A DNA stretch of 64,000 nucleotides from Clostridiales bacterium (lineage in GTDB: Bacteria; Bacillota; Clostridia; Oscillospirales; CAG-272): positions 9,136-73,135 of the forward strand of contig JAEEYP010000034.1 of the NCBI GenBank assembly GCA_016288155.1, written 5' to 3'. The notes under the pieces were generated by a model. The model made no database searches, was not told where the DNA came from, and saw only the letters and a program-made list of their open reading frames with translations. The translations under genes were made by a program, and so were the position numbers. Every line of letters starts with the position of its first letter. Positions within the stretch are counted from its first letter, which is position 1. This document shows, piece by piece, positions 54,108-63,411 of the stretch.

Positions 54108-54866
54108 ATGCGGATCGGACTCTTGCAGACGACGCCGCGGGATCTCGACCCGGCGTACAACGCGGCGTTTCTTGAAAAGATGGCGCGCCGTGCCGCCGAG
54201 GACGGCGTGGAACTGCTCATGACCTGCGAATGCTATATGGACGGGTACTGCGCCCGGCTGGAGGAGGTCGACGCGGCGCGGCTGCGCACCGTCGCGCTGC
54301 CGGCGGACAGCCCGTATCTCGCCCGCGTGCGGGCGCTGTGCCGGGAGTTGAAGATGGGGATGATCCTCGGCTATACGGCGCTCGAGGGAGACGAGATGAA
54401 GAACACGGCGCTGCTCCTCGGCCCGGACGGGGAAGAGATCGGACGTTACTGCAAGATGCACCTGCACGCGCACGACAAAAAGTTCGCGCCGGGGGATTCC
54501 TTCCCGGTGTTCGACACGCCGTGGGGGCGGGTCGGGATGCTGATCTGTGCGGATCGGCGCTGGCCGGAGGCGGCGCGCTCGCTGCGCATCCAGGGCGCGG
54601 AGATGATCCTCATCCCGACCTACGGCGTCTGCCATGAGCGGAATTTCGCGTGGATGTGCACGCGCGCCTACGAGAACGAATGCTACCTGGCGTTCTGCCA
54701 TCCGCAGCAGTCGTTCGTCTTCGATTCCGGCGGACACGTGCTCTCATTCCTTCAGACGAACGTGCCGAGCGTGCTCGTGTGCGACATCGACGTCGAAAAC
54801 CGCGACAGCGGGATGTTCGAGCTCCGCCGCACGGACGCCTACGTGTGGGACGGGGAGATCCGCTGA
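54108..54866 (+). CDS. Carbon-nitrogen hydrolase (nitrilase superfamily)
   Basis: Start MRIGLLQTTP. Glu-Lys-Cys triad contexts LMTCECYMDG, YCKMHL, MLICADRRWPE. Only the last 252 codons of ORF 52677..54866 are coding. Confidence 0.8.
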   Translation: MRIGLLQTTPRDLDPAYNAAFLEKMARRAAEDGVELLMTCECYMDGYCARLEEVDAARLRTVALPADSPYLARVRALCRELKMGMILGYTALEGDEMKNTALLLGPDGEEIGRYCKMHLHAHDKKFAPGDSFPVFDTPWGRVGMLICADRRWPEAARSLRIQGAEMILIPTYGVCHERNFAWMCTRAYENECYLAFCHPQQSFVFDSGGHVLSFLQTNVPSVLVCDIDVENRDSGMFELRRTDAYVWDGEIR

Positions 54867-54944
54867 CCGCATCTCAAAACGATCGCCCGGACGGGAAATC
54901 CCGTCCGGGCGGTTTTGTACTGTGCGCCCTCGTGCGGCCGCCGC

Positions 54945-57068
54945 TTATCCGATCACGATATCCTTGTGCTGACGCAGTACGTGAATCGGTTCACCGGGAC
55001 CGCAGCCGATAAGATCGTCGGCGCCCCGGATCTCGCGTTCTCCCCAGTGGAGCAGCACGTCGCCCCGTTGGATGCCGAAGTGCTCGGCGGGAGAATCGGG
55101 GAGCATGGACAGTACCAGCGCGCCGGTGTGTCCCGGCGTACCGAAAACGGACATTTCGTCGTCGTTGTCGATATCCTTGACGGTCATGCCGAACAGTGTC
55201 AGCGGATGCGCGCCGTCACCCGGAAGCCGGGGGTCTTTTTGGATGGCGGGAATGGCGGGCGTATCGGCCACGGCGCGCAGCGGCGCATAGCGGACGCCGA
55301 ATTCCGTCGGGAAATCGGCGAACGCGGGAAGATCCGCGACCCGGAAGTCTCCTTCTTCCGGCGCGCGGAACGTCAGCGCCCTCTGCACGGAATCGCCGTC
55401 CTGTCCCGACTGGGAAGCGAGCACCGCGGCGGGGGCGGGCTCTGCCGCATCCGGTGCATACAGAATGTTGCGGTTGACCGAGCGCCCCCACCCTTTCGGC
55501 ATTTCCACGGGTGCATACGGAGTGAACAGGATATTCTCTTCGACCGTATCCTCGCTGTCCGGATGCCATACGTGGAGGTGAACGGTGTTGTTCAGAAGAA
55601 TATTGTGCCGTGCCGTACGGTACCAGCCTTCCCGGAGCTTCAGGCCGCCGCTCAGGCAGAGATTTTCTGTGATGACGTAATCGGACGAGCCGTCGTCGAG
55701 ATCGATGTCCCATCCGTGATCGCAGCGGAAGCGGTTGCGGGTGATGACGGTGGGGGAGAGCACGTCGTATCGGACGAACGGTTTGCTGTCGGCGAGCGTG
55801 TCGCCCAGTTCCAGATACCGGTCCCGTCCCCAAGAGTTGAAACTGCCGTGATCGCCCGTTTCCCGGACCGTGTCAAACACGTCGCATCCTTCGATCCGAT
55901 GGCCGCCGAAGGTCCCCTCGGAGATATTGATGCCGGCGCGCGGTGTGTGGCAGATGGTGCAGTTTTTCACCGTAATGCCGTAGGACATGTATATCTGGAC
56001 GCCGGCCGATTGTTTTTCCGTCGTTCCGATGTGATCGATCAGGCAGTCCTCGACGGTACAGAATTTCGGAAAAGCGTCCGATCTCGGCCCCGGGGTCCGG
56101 TCGATCTCTTCTTTCGGCGGACGGGGCGCGTACAGAAACATCGGGCTGCGCACCGCGTCCGTACGCCCGACAAAACAGACGCCGGAGGCGCCGATCCCGG
56201 TGAAGCGCGACCGTGTCACCGCAACGTCCCGGCAGTTCCCGTCTGCGAAGACGCAGTTGGAACCGATATCCCGGAAAGTACACCGATCGATCCGGCAGCG
56301 GACCGCGTCGCGGAGCAGGACGGCGCCGCCGCGGAAAATGGTCCAGTCGCTGCGGAGCAGCGGCTCCTTTGTCTCCATGAAGGTGCGGGAGGTCCGCTCG
56401 AACGTGATATTCTCAAGGGTGACGTCCTCGCATCCGTCGAGCGTGAAGAAGCTGTGCGCAGCGGCTGCCTCCGCCTCGTCCGGATCGTCGCCGGGAACCG
56501 GCCGCACGAGGATCCGCATGTTTTTCTCGTCAAATACCCATTCTCCCGGTTCGGTCATCTCTTCCGGGATATTCTCGACAAACCGGATGGAGGCATGCAT
56601 TTCCGCGCGCTGGTTGTTCTGCCAGCCGCCTGAAAGCCGGAGCGTTCCGTCGCTGTTTTTTCCATCGATCCGGTAGGAGAATCCGCCCCAGAGAAAACGG
56701 TGCATGGCGTGCAGATAGCCGCCGTATGGATCGGCCCAGTCTTTTGTTTTTTCGGGATCCGTACAATCCGCCGCCCATCCGCCGAACGGGGCGTCGGGAT
56801 CGGTCGCCTTGGGATAGCGGGCCATTTTGTACTTTCGGTTCCCGATATAGAACGCGTCGACGGGCTGCGGGACTTTGGCCGCGAAGACGCCGGGCCGGAT
56901 CTGTGTAAAGTCTTTCCGCCTGAGAGGGATCGTTCCCCGCAGGACGGCGCCCTCCTCTCCGACGATACGGATCCTTTTTCCCGTGATCCGGACAGGTGCG
57001 GAGAAGCGGTGAACTCCGGCGGGAATATGCAGAGTGGTTCCGTCGGCAAGATGTTCAAAATCGATCAT
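54945..57068 (-). CDS. Right-handed parallel beta-helix repeat protein with C-terminal PDZ domain, no signal peptide
   Basis: RBS aaggag. Repeated ...NCTI.H....GI.I...-type turns (ITVKNCTICHTPRAGINI; IEGCDVFD; ITENLCLSGG). The C-terminus GALVLSMLPDSPAEHFGIQRGDVLLHWGEREI is PDZ-like. Confidence 0.65.
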   Translation of the reverse strand: MIDFEHLADGTTLHIPAGVHRFSAPVRITGKRIRIVGEEGAVLRGTIPLRRKDFTQIRPGVFAAKVPQPVDAFYIGNRKYKMARYPKATDPDAPFGGWAADCTDPEKTKDWADPYGGYLHAMHRFLWGGFSYRIDGKNSDGTLRLSGGWQNNQRAEMHASIRFVENIPEEMTEPGEWVFDEKNMRILVRPVPGDDPDEAEAAAAHSFFTLDGCEDVTLENITFERTSRTFMETKEPLLRSDWTIFRGGAVLLRDAVRCRIDRCTFRDIGSNCVFADGNCRDVAVTRSRFTGIGASGVCFVGRTDAVRSPMFLYAPRPPKEEIDRTPGPRSDAFPKFCTVEDCLIDHIGTTEKQSAGVQIYMSYGITVKNCTICHTPRAGINISEGTFGGHRIEGCDVFDTVRETGDHGSFNSWGRDRYLELGDTLADSKPFVRYDVLSPTVITRNRFRCDHGWDIDLDDGSSDYVITENLCLSGGLKLREGWYRTARHNILLNNTVHLHVWHPDSEDTVEENILFTPYAPVEMPKGWGRSVNRNILYAPDAAEPAPAAVLASQSGQDGDSVQRALTFRAPEEGDFRVADLPAFADFPTEFGVRYAPLRAVADTPAIPAIQKDPRLPGDGAHPLTLFGMTVKDIDNDDEMSVFGTPGHTGALVLSMLPDSPAEHFGIQRGDVLLHWGEREIRGADDLIGCGPGEPIHVLRQHKDIVIG

Positions 57069-57094
57069 GACGGGTGTTATCTCCTTTTTTGAAT

Positions 57095-58687
57095 TCAGTC
57101 CGGCTTCGTCCCGGCGCCGGTATCCGGATCGAACATCCGGCGGTATGCTTTCATATCGCCGAGACAGTACACGTTTTCATACTGCATTCTTTTCAGTTCA
57201 TGGAACGCCTGCGCGCTCCGCTTCCCTCCGTCGCAGTACACGACGAGATGCGCCTTCTTGTCCGACGGGAGCAGGTCCGGAGAGAAGACGAGATCGCTGT
57301 ACTCGATGTGGACGGCGCCGGGCAGATGGTACGCGTCGTACTCCTCCCGCGTCCGCACGTCGATGAGGATCGCGCCGTACTGCTCCTCGTACAGCCGGAC
57401 GGAGACGGGGGTGAGAAGCTCCGGGTTCGCCTGGGGGATCTCGACCTCCTCCTCCCGGACGGCGCCGAAGTCACGGCACACGAAGCCCTCCTTCGCGCGG
57501 ATCCGCCAGACGGCGACGGCGTGCGGCGGGAGCGTAACGGTGAGGGTGCGGAGCGTCCCGAGGTCCCGGTGCTCCGTCAGGTCGCGCACGGACGCTTCGC
57601 CCCCGATGCAGAGGCGGGAGAGATCGAGCGTTACGGTCTCCTCCTTGTCTCCGCGGTTGAAAAGCGCGGCGGCGCCGTCTGACCCGTGGAGCGGTGCGGT
57701 GTGCTTGAACCAGAGTTCCGCGGCTTCACCGAGCGTCCCGAGGCAGACGGCGGCGCGGGCGAGCGGATCGTCGTTCAGCGCGAGCAGCTCCGGATCCGTG
57801 ACGAGCGCGACGGTCTCGGGCGTCATCGTCGTGAGATCGCACCCCATGACGAGCGGCGCGGAGAACATGCACCACATGACGAAGTGGGCGCGGTCCTCCG
57901 TCGGCGTCAGGTGCTTGCCGACGATCATCATGTCCGGGTCGGCGTAATGGCCGGGGACGGTGAAGCGGCCGAGCGTCTTCATGACGTCGATGCATTCCAT
58001 GACGGAGCCGAAGCGGGTCCCGCCCTGGTCGATGTCCCCGCCGCAGCGCCAGGAATCGCCGACGCGCTGCATCCACGGGCCGAAGTAGCCCCAGCAGCAG
58101 ATGTTGAACACTTTATCCTTGCCGGTGTGCGCCTCGATGTCGCGGATGATGCGGTCGTAGCAGGTGTAGCGCTCTTCCTTGTCGAGATTGTGATCGCGTC
58201 CGCCGCACCAGTCGACCTTGATGAAATCGAATCCCCAGCATTCGACGCCCGGGTCCTCGGGATGCTCGCGCGTGTAGGCGTCCGGATACCTGCCGTCGCT
58301 GAGGTACATCCACAGGTCCTCCTCGTGCCGGTAGAGGCCGACGCCGCGCCCATAAGGACGCCTGCCGCTGGAGGAGCCGCAGAGATTGTCGCCGCCGTCG
58401 GTGTAAAGGCCGACCTTGACGCCTCTCTCATGCGCGTAGTCCGCGAGGTATTTCATGCCGTGCGGAAAAAGCTCGGGCATGGCGAGCACGCGCCCCGTCA
58501 CCGGATCGCGACCGTTCTGCCAGAAATCGTCGATGTTGATCGTGTCGTAGCCCGCCGCCAGGAGCCCGCTGGACACGAGCGCGTCGATCTGCGAGAGGAT
58601 CTTTTCCTCGCTGATCTGCTTTCCGAAGGCGTTATAGGACGACCAGCCGCGCAGCGGCCGATGCTGCTTACTGAAATCCGGCGTCAT
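57095..58687 (-). CDS. GH27-type alpha-galactosidase/alpha-N-acetylgalactosaminidase-like enzyme fused to a C-terminal rhodanese domain
   Basis: GWSSYNAF, INIDDFW, GVKVGLYTD, FIKVDWCG, SWRCGGDID (GH27-like blocks). The last ~115 aa, AILIDVRTREEYDAYHLPGAVHI...VVYCDGGKRSAQA, form a rhodanese fold with the active-site loop. Start chosen at ATG 58687 (GGAG 7 nt upstream). ATG 58702 is an alternative. Confidence 0.75.
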   Translation of the reverse strand: MTPDFSKQHRPLRGWSSYNAFGKQISEEKILSQIDALVSSGLLAAGYDTINIDDFWQNGRDPVTGRVLAMPELFPHGMKYLADYAHERGVKVGLYTDGGDNLCGSSSGRRPYGRGVGLYRHEEDLWMYLSDGRYPDAYTREHPEDPGVECWGFDFIKVDWCGGRDHNLDKEERYTCYDRIIRDIEAHTGKDKVFNICCWGYFGPWMQRVGDSWRCGGDIDQGGTRFGSVMECIDVMKTLGRFTVPGHYADPDMMIVGKHLTPTEDRAHFVMWCMFSAPLVMGCDLTTMTPETVALVTDPELLALNDDPLARAAVCLGTLGEAAELWFKHTAPLHGSDGAAALFNRGDKEETVTLDLSRLCIGGEASVRDLTEHRDLGTLRTLTVTLPPHAVAVWRIRAKEGFVCRDFGAVREEEVEIPQANPELLTPVSVRLYEEQYGAILIDVRTREEYDAYHLPGAVHIEYSDLVFSPDLLPSDKKAHLVVYCDGGKRSAQAFHELKRMQYENVYCLGDMKAYRRMFDPDTGAGTKPD

Positions 58688-58720
58688 ATGTTTACTCTCC
58701 ATTCTGTTGTCATTACGGGA

Positions 58721-58749
58721 ATTATAGCATATCTTCGGCGGCGTGTCAA
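58721..58749 (-). promoter_or_regulatory. Sigma-A-type promoter of the GH27-rhodanese / beta-helix-PDZ operon
   Basis: Minus strand reads TTGACA, 17-nt spacer, TATAAT. Confidence 0.7.
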
Positions 58750-58832
58750 CGGAAAAGAGCGATCTCGCAGTCACAGGGACGTGCCGCCGCGCATACAGAT
58801 AGAAGGCAGAACCAACAAAAGGGGGGGATCCG

Positions 58833-59234
58833 ATGGATCATCAGAACGAAGGCTGCGCCGGATCACTGCGCGTGACGGTACGTTCCGCGAACGGCGCGTT
58901 CCCCGTCGCGGGAGCGACGGTCGTCATCACGGAGGACGGCACGGAGGGCGGCGCGGTGCTGTATACGCTGACGACGGGGGAGGACGGGAGCACGCCGACC
59001 GTCGTGCTTTCCGCGCCGCCGCGGGAGAATTCACTGCAGCCGGGGCATCCGGCGCCGTGCGCGCGGTACAATATCGAGGTGCGGCGGCACGGATACGGCA
59101 CGGTAACGAATCTCGGCGTGCCAATCTTCGAAGGGGTCGTTTCCACGCAGCCGGTGCTCCTGATCCCGGTCGGCGGCTCGGGCAGACGCGGGGACGAGGT
59201 GCTGGAGACGGCGCCGACCCCGCCTCTGACGTGA
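58833..59234 (+). CDS. Carboxypeptidase-regulatory-like (CarboxypepD_reg) domain protein
   Basis: SLRVTVRSANGAFPVAGATVVITEDG...YNIEVRRHGYGTVTNLGVPIFEG is typical of the transthyretin-like fold. Confidence 0.6.
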   Translation: MDHQNEGCAGSLRVTVRSANGAFPVAGATVVITEDGTEGGAVLYTLTTGEDGSTPTVVLSAPPRENSLQPGHPAPCARYNIEVRRHGYGTVTNLGVPIFEGVVSTQPVLLIPVGGSGRRGDEVLETAPTPPLT

Positions 59235-59241
59235 GGCGGTC

Positions 59242-60603
59242 ATGAACGGCGGCTATATTCCGGTGATCCCGGAAACGATCACCGTCCATCTCGGCACGCC
59301 GTCGCAGGCGGCGCCCAACGTCACCGTGCCGTTCGTCGACTACATCAAGAACGTCGCGTCCAGCGAGATCTATCCGACCTGGCCGGAGGACGCGATCCGC
59401 GCCAACATCCTCGCGCAGATCTCCTTTGCCTTGAACCGCGTATACACGGAATACTACCGCTCGCGCGGATACGACTTTGACATAACGAACACGCCGGCAA
59501 ACGATCAGTCCTTCGTATACGGGCGGGACATCTTCGAGAACGTCTCGCAGATCACGGATGAGATCTTCAACACTTACATCCGCCGCGTAGGGAAGGTGGA
59601 GCCGCTCTTCGCGCAGTACTGCAACGGGACGACGGTACAGTGCGGCGGCCTTTCCCAGTGGGGGACGGTCTCTCTGGCGGATCAGGGATACGGACCGCTC
59701 GATATCCTCCGCTTCTATTACGGAGACGATATCGAGCTCGTGGACGACGCGCCGGTCGCCGGCGTCCGCGAGAGCTATCCGGGGGCGGCGCTTTTCCCCG
59801 GCAGCTTCGGCAACGACGTCCGTCGGCTCCAGATCCGCCTCAACCGCATCGGCGCCAATTATCCGTCCATTCCGCGCATCCCGTCCCCGAACGGGATCTT
59901 CGAGGCGGAGACGGAGGCGGCGGTGCGCGAATTCCAGCGGATCTTCGGGCTGGAGACCGACGGGATCGTCGGGCGGGCGACGTGGTACGCCGTCGAACGG
60001 ATCTATGCCGCCGTGACGCGGCTCTCCGAATTGAACTCGGAGGGGATCGCGCCGGAGGACGTGGCGGACGTCTTCCGGGGGGAATTGTCGGAGGGCGACA
60101 CGGCGCCGGAGGTGCGGGAGCTGCAGTACCTGCTCTCGTTTATCTCCAATTTCGTCGAGGCGGTGCCGGGGCTGGAGATCGACGGGATCTTCGGCCCGCG
60201 CACGCGCGATTCCGTCGAGCAGTTCCAGTCGTACTACGGCCTCCCGGCGACGGGGACGGTCGACGCGGCGACGTGGAACACGCTTTTCCGCGTGTTCCGG
60301 GTGCTGTACGATTCGCTGCCGCCCGGATATTTCGACGGGGTGACGGCGCCGTACCGCGGCACGCCGCTCGCCGTCGGGAGCCGCGGCGAGGAGGTGCGGA
60401 CGCTCCAATCCTATCTGAACCGGATCGCCGAGGCGTATCCTTCCGTCGCGCCGCTGGCGGAGGACGGGATCTTCGGAGAGAAGACGGCGGCGTCCGTCCG
60501 CGCGTATCAGGAACTGTTCGGGATCCCGGCGACGGGGATCGTCGGCGGGGCGACGTGGAACGCGATCGCGGAGACGTACCGCGAGCTGGTCGAGGGCGCG
60601 TGA
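59242..60603 (+). CDS. SpoIID-like domain protein with three PG_binding_1 repeats (SleC-type spore-cortex lytic enzyme candidate)
   Basis: The N-terminal 170 aa resemble SpoIID/LytB (YIKNVASSEIYPTWPEDAIRANILAQISFALNR...). Three repeats follow the pattern G..V..LQ..LN.I....P......DGIFG..T..AV..FQ...GL..TG.V...TW. Confidence 0.65.
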   Translation: MNGGYIPVIPETITVHLGTPSQAAPNVTVPFVDYIKNVASSEIYPTWPEDAIRANILAQISFALNRVYTEYYRSRGYDFDITNTPANDQSFVYGRDIFENVSQITDEIFNTYIRRVGKVEPLFAQYCNGTTVQCGGLSQWGTVSLADQGYGPLDILRFYYGDDIELVDDAPVAGVRESYPGAALFPGSFGNDVRRLQIRLNRIGANYPSIPRIPSPNGIFEAETEAAVREFQRIFGLETDGIVGRATWYAVERIYAAVTRLSELNSEGIAPEDVADVFRGELSEGDTAPEVRELQYLLSFISNFVEAVPGLEIDGIFGPRTRDSVEQFQSYYGLPATGTVDAATWNTLFRVFRVLYDSLPPGYFDGVTAPYRGTPLAVGSRGEEVRTLQSYLNRIAEAYPSVAPLAEDGIFGEKTAASVRAYQELFGIPATGIVGGATWNAIAETYRELVEGA

Positions 60604-60622
60604 GTACCGAAAGGAGAGCATT

Positions 60623-60943
60623 ATGGATCACGTGAGGGAACATACGGACGATCCGCGGGAGACGCCGCGTCCGATCCGTCCGTTCTTGCCGGGGAGAGTG
60701 ATATCCCCCGGTGAGGAAAGCGATCTTGTGACGATCGTGCAGATCATGCTGAACGCGGTCACGCTCGTCTGCGACCGCTGGGAGCTTTTGCCGCTGAGCG
60801 GCGTATACGACGAGACGACGCAGGCGGCGGTGCGCGGCTTCTGCCGCGCCGTCGCCATGGAGGAGCACGAGGAGACGGACGGCGCGGTGTGGGACCGGCT
60901 GGCGGCCGCCTACAACGCCTGCGTGCGCGATACGGAACAGTAG
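60623..60943 (+). CDS. Small PG_binding_1-like domain protein
   Basis: RBS gaaaggagag. GEESDLVTIVQIMLNAV...SGVYDETTQAAVRGFCRAV...GAVWDRL. Confidence 0.5.
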   Translation: MDHVREHTDDPRETPRPIRPFLPGRVISPGEESDLVTIVQIMLNAVTLVCDRWELLPLSGVYDETTQAAVRGFCRAVAMEEHEETDGAVWDRLAAAYNACVRDTEQ

Positions 60944-61005
60944 CGCTGCATGAAACGGCGCCGCCCGGGAAACAATGACCGCAGAAACGAAAAAGGCGGT
61001 CGGTC

Positions 61006-63411
61006 ATGATCCATCACTTTACTGAGAAAGCGCAGAACGCGTTTTACGCCGCGCTCCGGTGCGCGGGAGAAATGGGGCATCCCTGCGTCGGCACGGAGCA
61101 TCTGCTCCTCGGACTGCTTGCGGTGCCGGACGGGATCGCGGCACGTCTGCTCGGCGGGCGCGGGGTCCGTGCCGAGGCGGTACGGCGCTGTATCGCCGCC
61201 CGCAGCGGGACGGGAGGACCGTGTGCGGTGAGCCGTGCTGACCTGACGCCGCGCGCGAAGGCAGTGCTCGAGAACGCGGCCGAGGTATCCCGCCGGGCGG
61301 GGCACGGATTCGTCGGTACGGAGCATCTGCTGTCCGCGCTCGCGGCGGAGGCGGACAGCGAGGCGGCGCGGGTCCTCGAGGAACTCGGCGTCAGCGCCGA
61401 TTCGCTGCGCGCCGACATGGAGGCGTATCTCGGCGGGGACGGGGCGTCCGTCCCCGCCGCGCGGGAGGAGGCGACGACGCGCCGGACGCCGTATCTCCGC
61501 GCGTTCGGACGGGATCTGACGGCGGCGGCGGGGAGCGGACGGACGGATCCGGTCATCGGACGGGAGGCGGAGACGGAGCGCGTGCTCTGCATCCTCTCCC
61601 GCCGCACCAAGAACAATCCCTGTCTGATCGGCGAGCCCGGCGTGGGCAAGACGGCGGTCGTGGAGGGGATCGCGCGCAGGATCGCGGAGGACAGCGTTCC
61701 GGACAGCCTGCGCGGATCGAGGATCGTACAGCTCGATATCGCGGCGATGATCGCCGGCGCGCGGTACCGCGGGGAATTCGAGGAACGGATGCGGGGTGTG
61801 TTGGCCGATGCGGCACGCAGCGGTCGGGTGATCCTATTCATCGACGAACTGCACACCATCGTCGGAGCGGGCGGCGCGGAAGGCGCGCTCGACGCGGCGA
61901 ATCTTCTCAAACCGGCGCTGGCACGCGGGGAGATCCAACTGATCGGCGCGACGACGCGGGAGGAATACCGCCGCCGCATCGCGCGGGACGCGGCGCTGGA
62001 GCGCCGGTTCCAGACGGTCGTCGTCGACGAGCCGGACGAGGAGGCGGCGTGCGCGATCCTGCGGGGGCTGCGCGGCCGCTACGAGGCGCATCACCGCCTG
62101 ACGATCACGGACGAAGCGATCACGGCGGCCGTCCGGTATTCCGTGCGGTATATTCCCGGACGGTATCTGCCGGACAAGGCGATCGATCTGATGGATGAGG
62201 CGGCGGCGCGCAAGCGGCTGGCGTGCGAAGCGCCGCCGGAAGCGGCGCGCCGCCTTGCGCGCTCTCTCAAGACGGCGGCAAAAGAAAAGGAGGAGGCGAT
62301 CCTGGCGCAGGATTTCGAGAGCGCCGCCGCCGCGCGCGACAGGGAGGAGGATCTGCGGCGTGCCGCCGATAAGCAGCACGCCGCCGCGCCGCACAAGGAT
62401 CGCTCCGTGACGGAGGAGGACGTGGCGGCGGTCGTTGCGGCATGGACGGGGATCCCCGCCGCACGGCGGGAGGCGCGGGAGGCGGAACGGCTTGCCCGGC
62501 TGGAAGAGCTGCTCCGCGAGCGCGTCGTCGGGCAGGAGGCGGCGATCCGCGCCGCGGCGCAGGTGATCCGCCGCGGCCGCGCCGGACTGCAGGATCCTCG
62601 CCGTCCGCTCGGCTCTTTTCTCTTTCTCGGTCCGACCGGCGTCGGAAAGACGGAGTTGTCCCGCGCGCTCGCCGAGACCGTCTTCGGCGCGGACGCTCTC
62701 ATCCGGATCGACATGTCGGAGTATGGGGAGCGCTTTGCCGTCTCCCGTCTGATCGGCGCGCCGCCGGGATACGTCGGCTACGGAGAGGGCGGCGAGCTGA
62801 CGGAGCGCGTCCGCGCCCGACCGTATTCCGTCGTGCTCCTCGACGAGATCGAGAAAGCGCACCCGGACGTGTTCCATCTGCTGCTGCCGGTGCTCGAGGA
62901 GGGCGTTCTGACGGACGCGGAGGGACGGCGGACGGATTTTTCCAACACCGTCGTCATCATGACCTCCAACTTCGGCGCGGAAAAATTGTTTTCCCCGGTC
63001 TCCGTCGGTTTCGGCGCGGACGGAGCGTACGAGCGGATACAGCGGGACGTGCGCGCCGCGCTTCGGGAGACCTTCCGCCCGGAATTCATCAACCGGATCG
63101 ACGAGATCGTGATTTTCGATCGTCTCGGTACGCCGGAGCTTCGTGCCATTGCCGGGCGGATGCTGGATCAGGTACGGGTGCGGCTGGCGCAGCTCGGGAT
63201 CACGGCGCGTTTTTTGCCGGAGGTACCCGATGCCCTGGCCGCGGCGGCGGCGGATCCCCGTTGGGGCGCGCGGCCGCTGCGCCGCGCCGTCACGACACAG
63301 GTGGAAGACCCCCTTGCGCAGGCGATCCTCGAAGGAGCCCTGAAGGCGGGAGACCGCGTGGAGATCGGCTGGGGAGACCGGGGGTGCCTTTTGAGAAAGG
63401 AAGCGACTTGA
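61006..63411 (+). CDS. clpC: ATP-dependent Clp protease ATP-binding subunit ClpC-type (class I AAA+)
   Basis: Clp_N repeats ([10 protein letters not shown]; GTEHLLSAL), Walker A GEPGVGKT and GPTGVGKT, a UVR-like middle segment, RPLRR near the C-terminus. Confidence 0.9.
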   Translation: MIHHFTEKAQNAFYAALRCAGEMGHPCVGTEHLLLGLLAVPDGIAARLLGGRGVRAEAVRRCIAARSGTGGPCAVSRADLTPRAKAVLENAAEVSRRAGHGFVGTEHLLSALAAEADSEAARVLEELGVSADSLRADMEAYLGGDGASVPAAREEATTRRTPYLRAFGRDLTAAAGSGRTDPVIGREAETERVLCILSRRTKNNPCLIGEPGVGKTAVVEGIARRIAEDSVPDSLRGSRIVQLDIAAMIAGARYRGEFEERMRGVLADAARSGRVILFIDELHTIVGAGGAEGALDAANLLKPALARGEIQLIGATTREEYRRRIARDAALERRFQTVVVDEPDEEAACAILRGLRGRYEAHHRLTITDEAITAAVRYSVRYIPGRYLPDKAIDLMDEAAARKRLACEAPPEAARRLARSLKTAAKEKEEAILAQDFESAAAARDREEDLRRAADKQHAAAPHKDRSVTEEDVAAVVAAWTGIPAARREAREAERLARLEELLRERVVGQEAAIRAAAQVIRRGRAGLQDPRRPLGSFLFLGPTGVGKTELSRALAETVFGADALIRIDMSEYGERFAVSRLIGAPPGYVGYGEGGELTERVRARPYSVVLLDEIEKAHPDVFHLLLPVLEEGVLTDAEGRRTDFSNTVVIMTSNFGAEKLFSPVSVGFGADGAYERIQRDVRAALRETFRPEFINRIDEIVIFDRLGTPELRAIAGRMLDQVRVRLAQLGITARFLPEVPDALAAAAADPRWGARPLRRAVTTQVEDPLAQAILEGALKAGDRVEIGWGDRGCLLRKEAT

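Noticed and set aside
58688-58774. Longer N-termini for the GH27-rhodanese gene (ATG 58702 or ORF start 58774).
   Set aside because: The consensus promoter at 58721-58749 places the transcription start near 58714. That excludes 58774 and leaves ATG 58702 without a Shine-Dalgarno sequence. ATG 58687 has GGAG 7 nt upstream.
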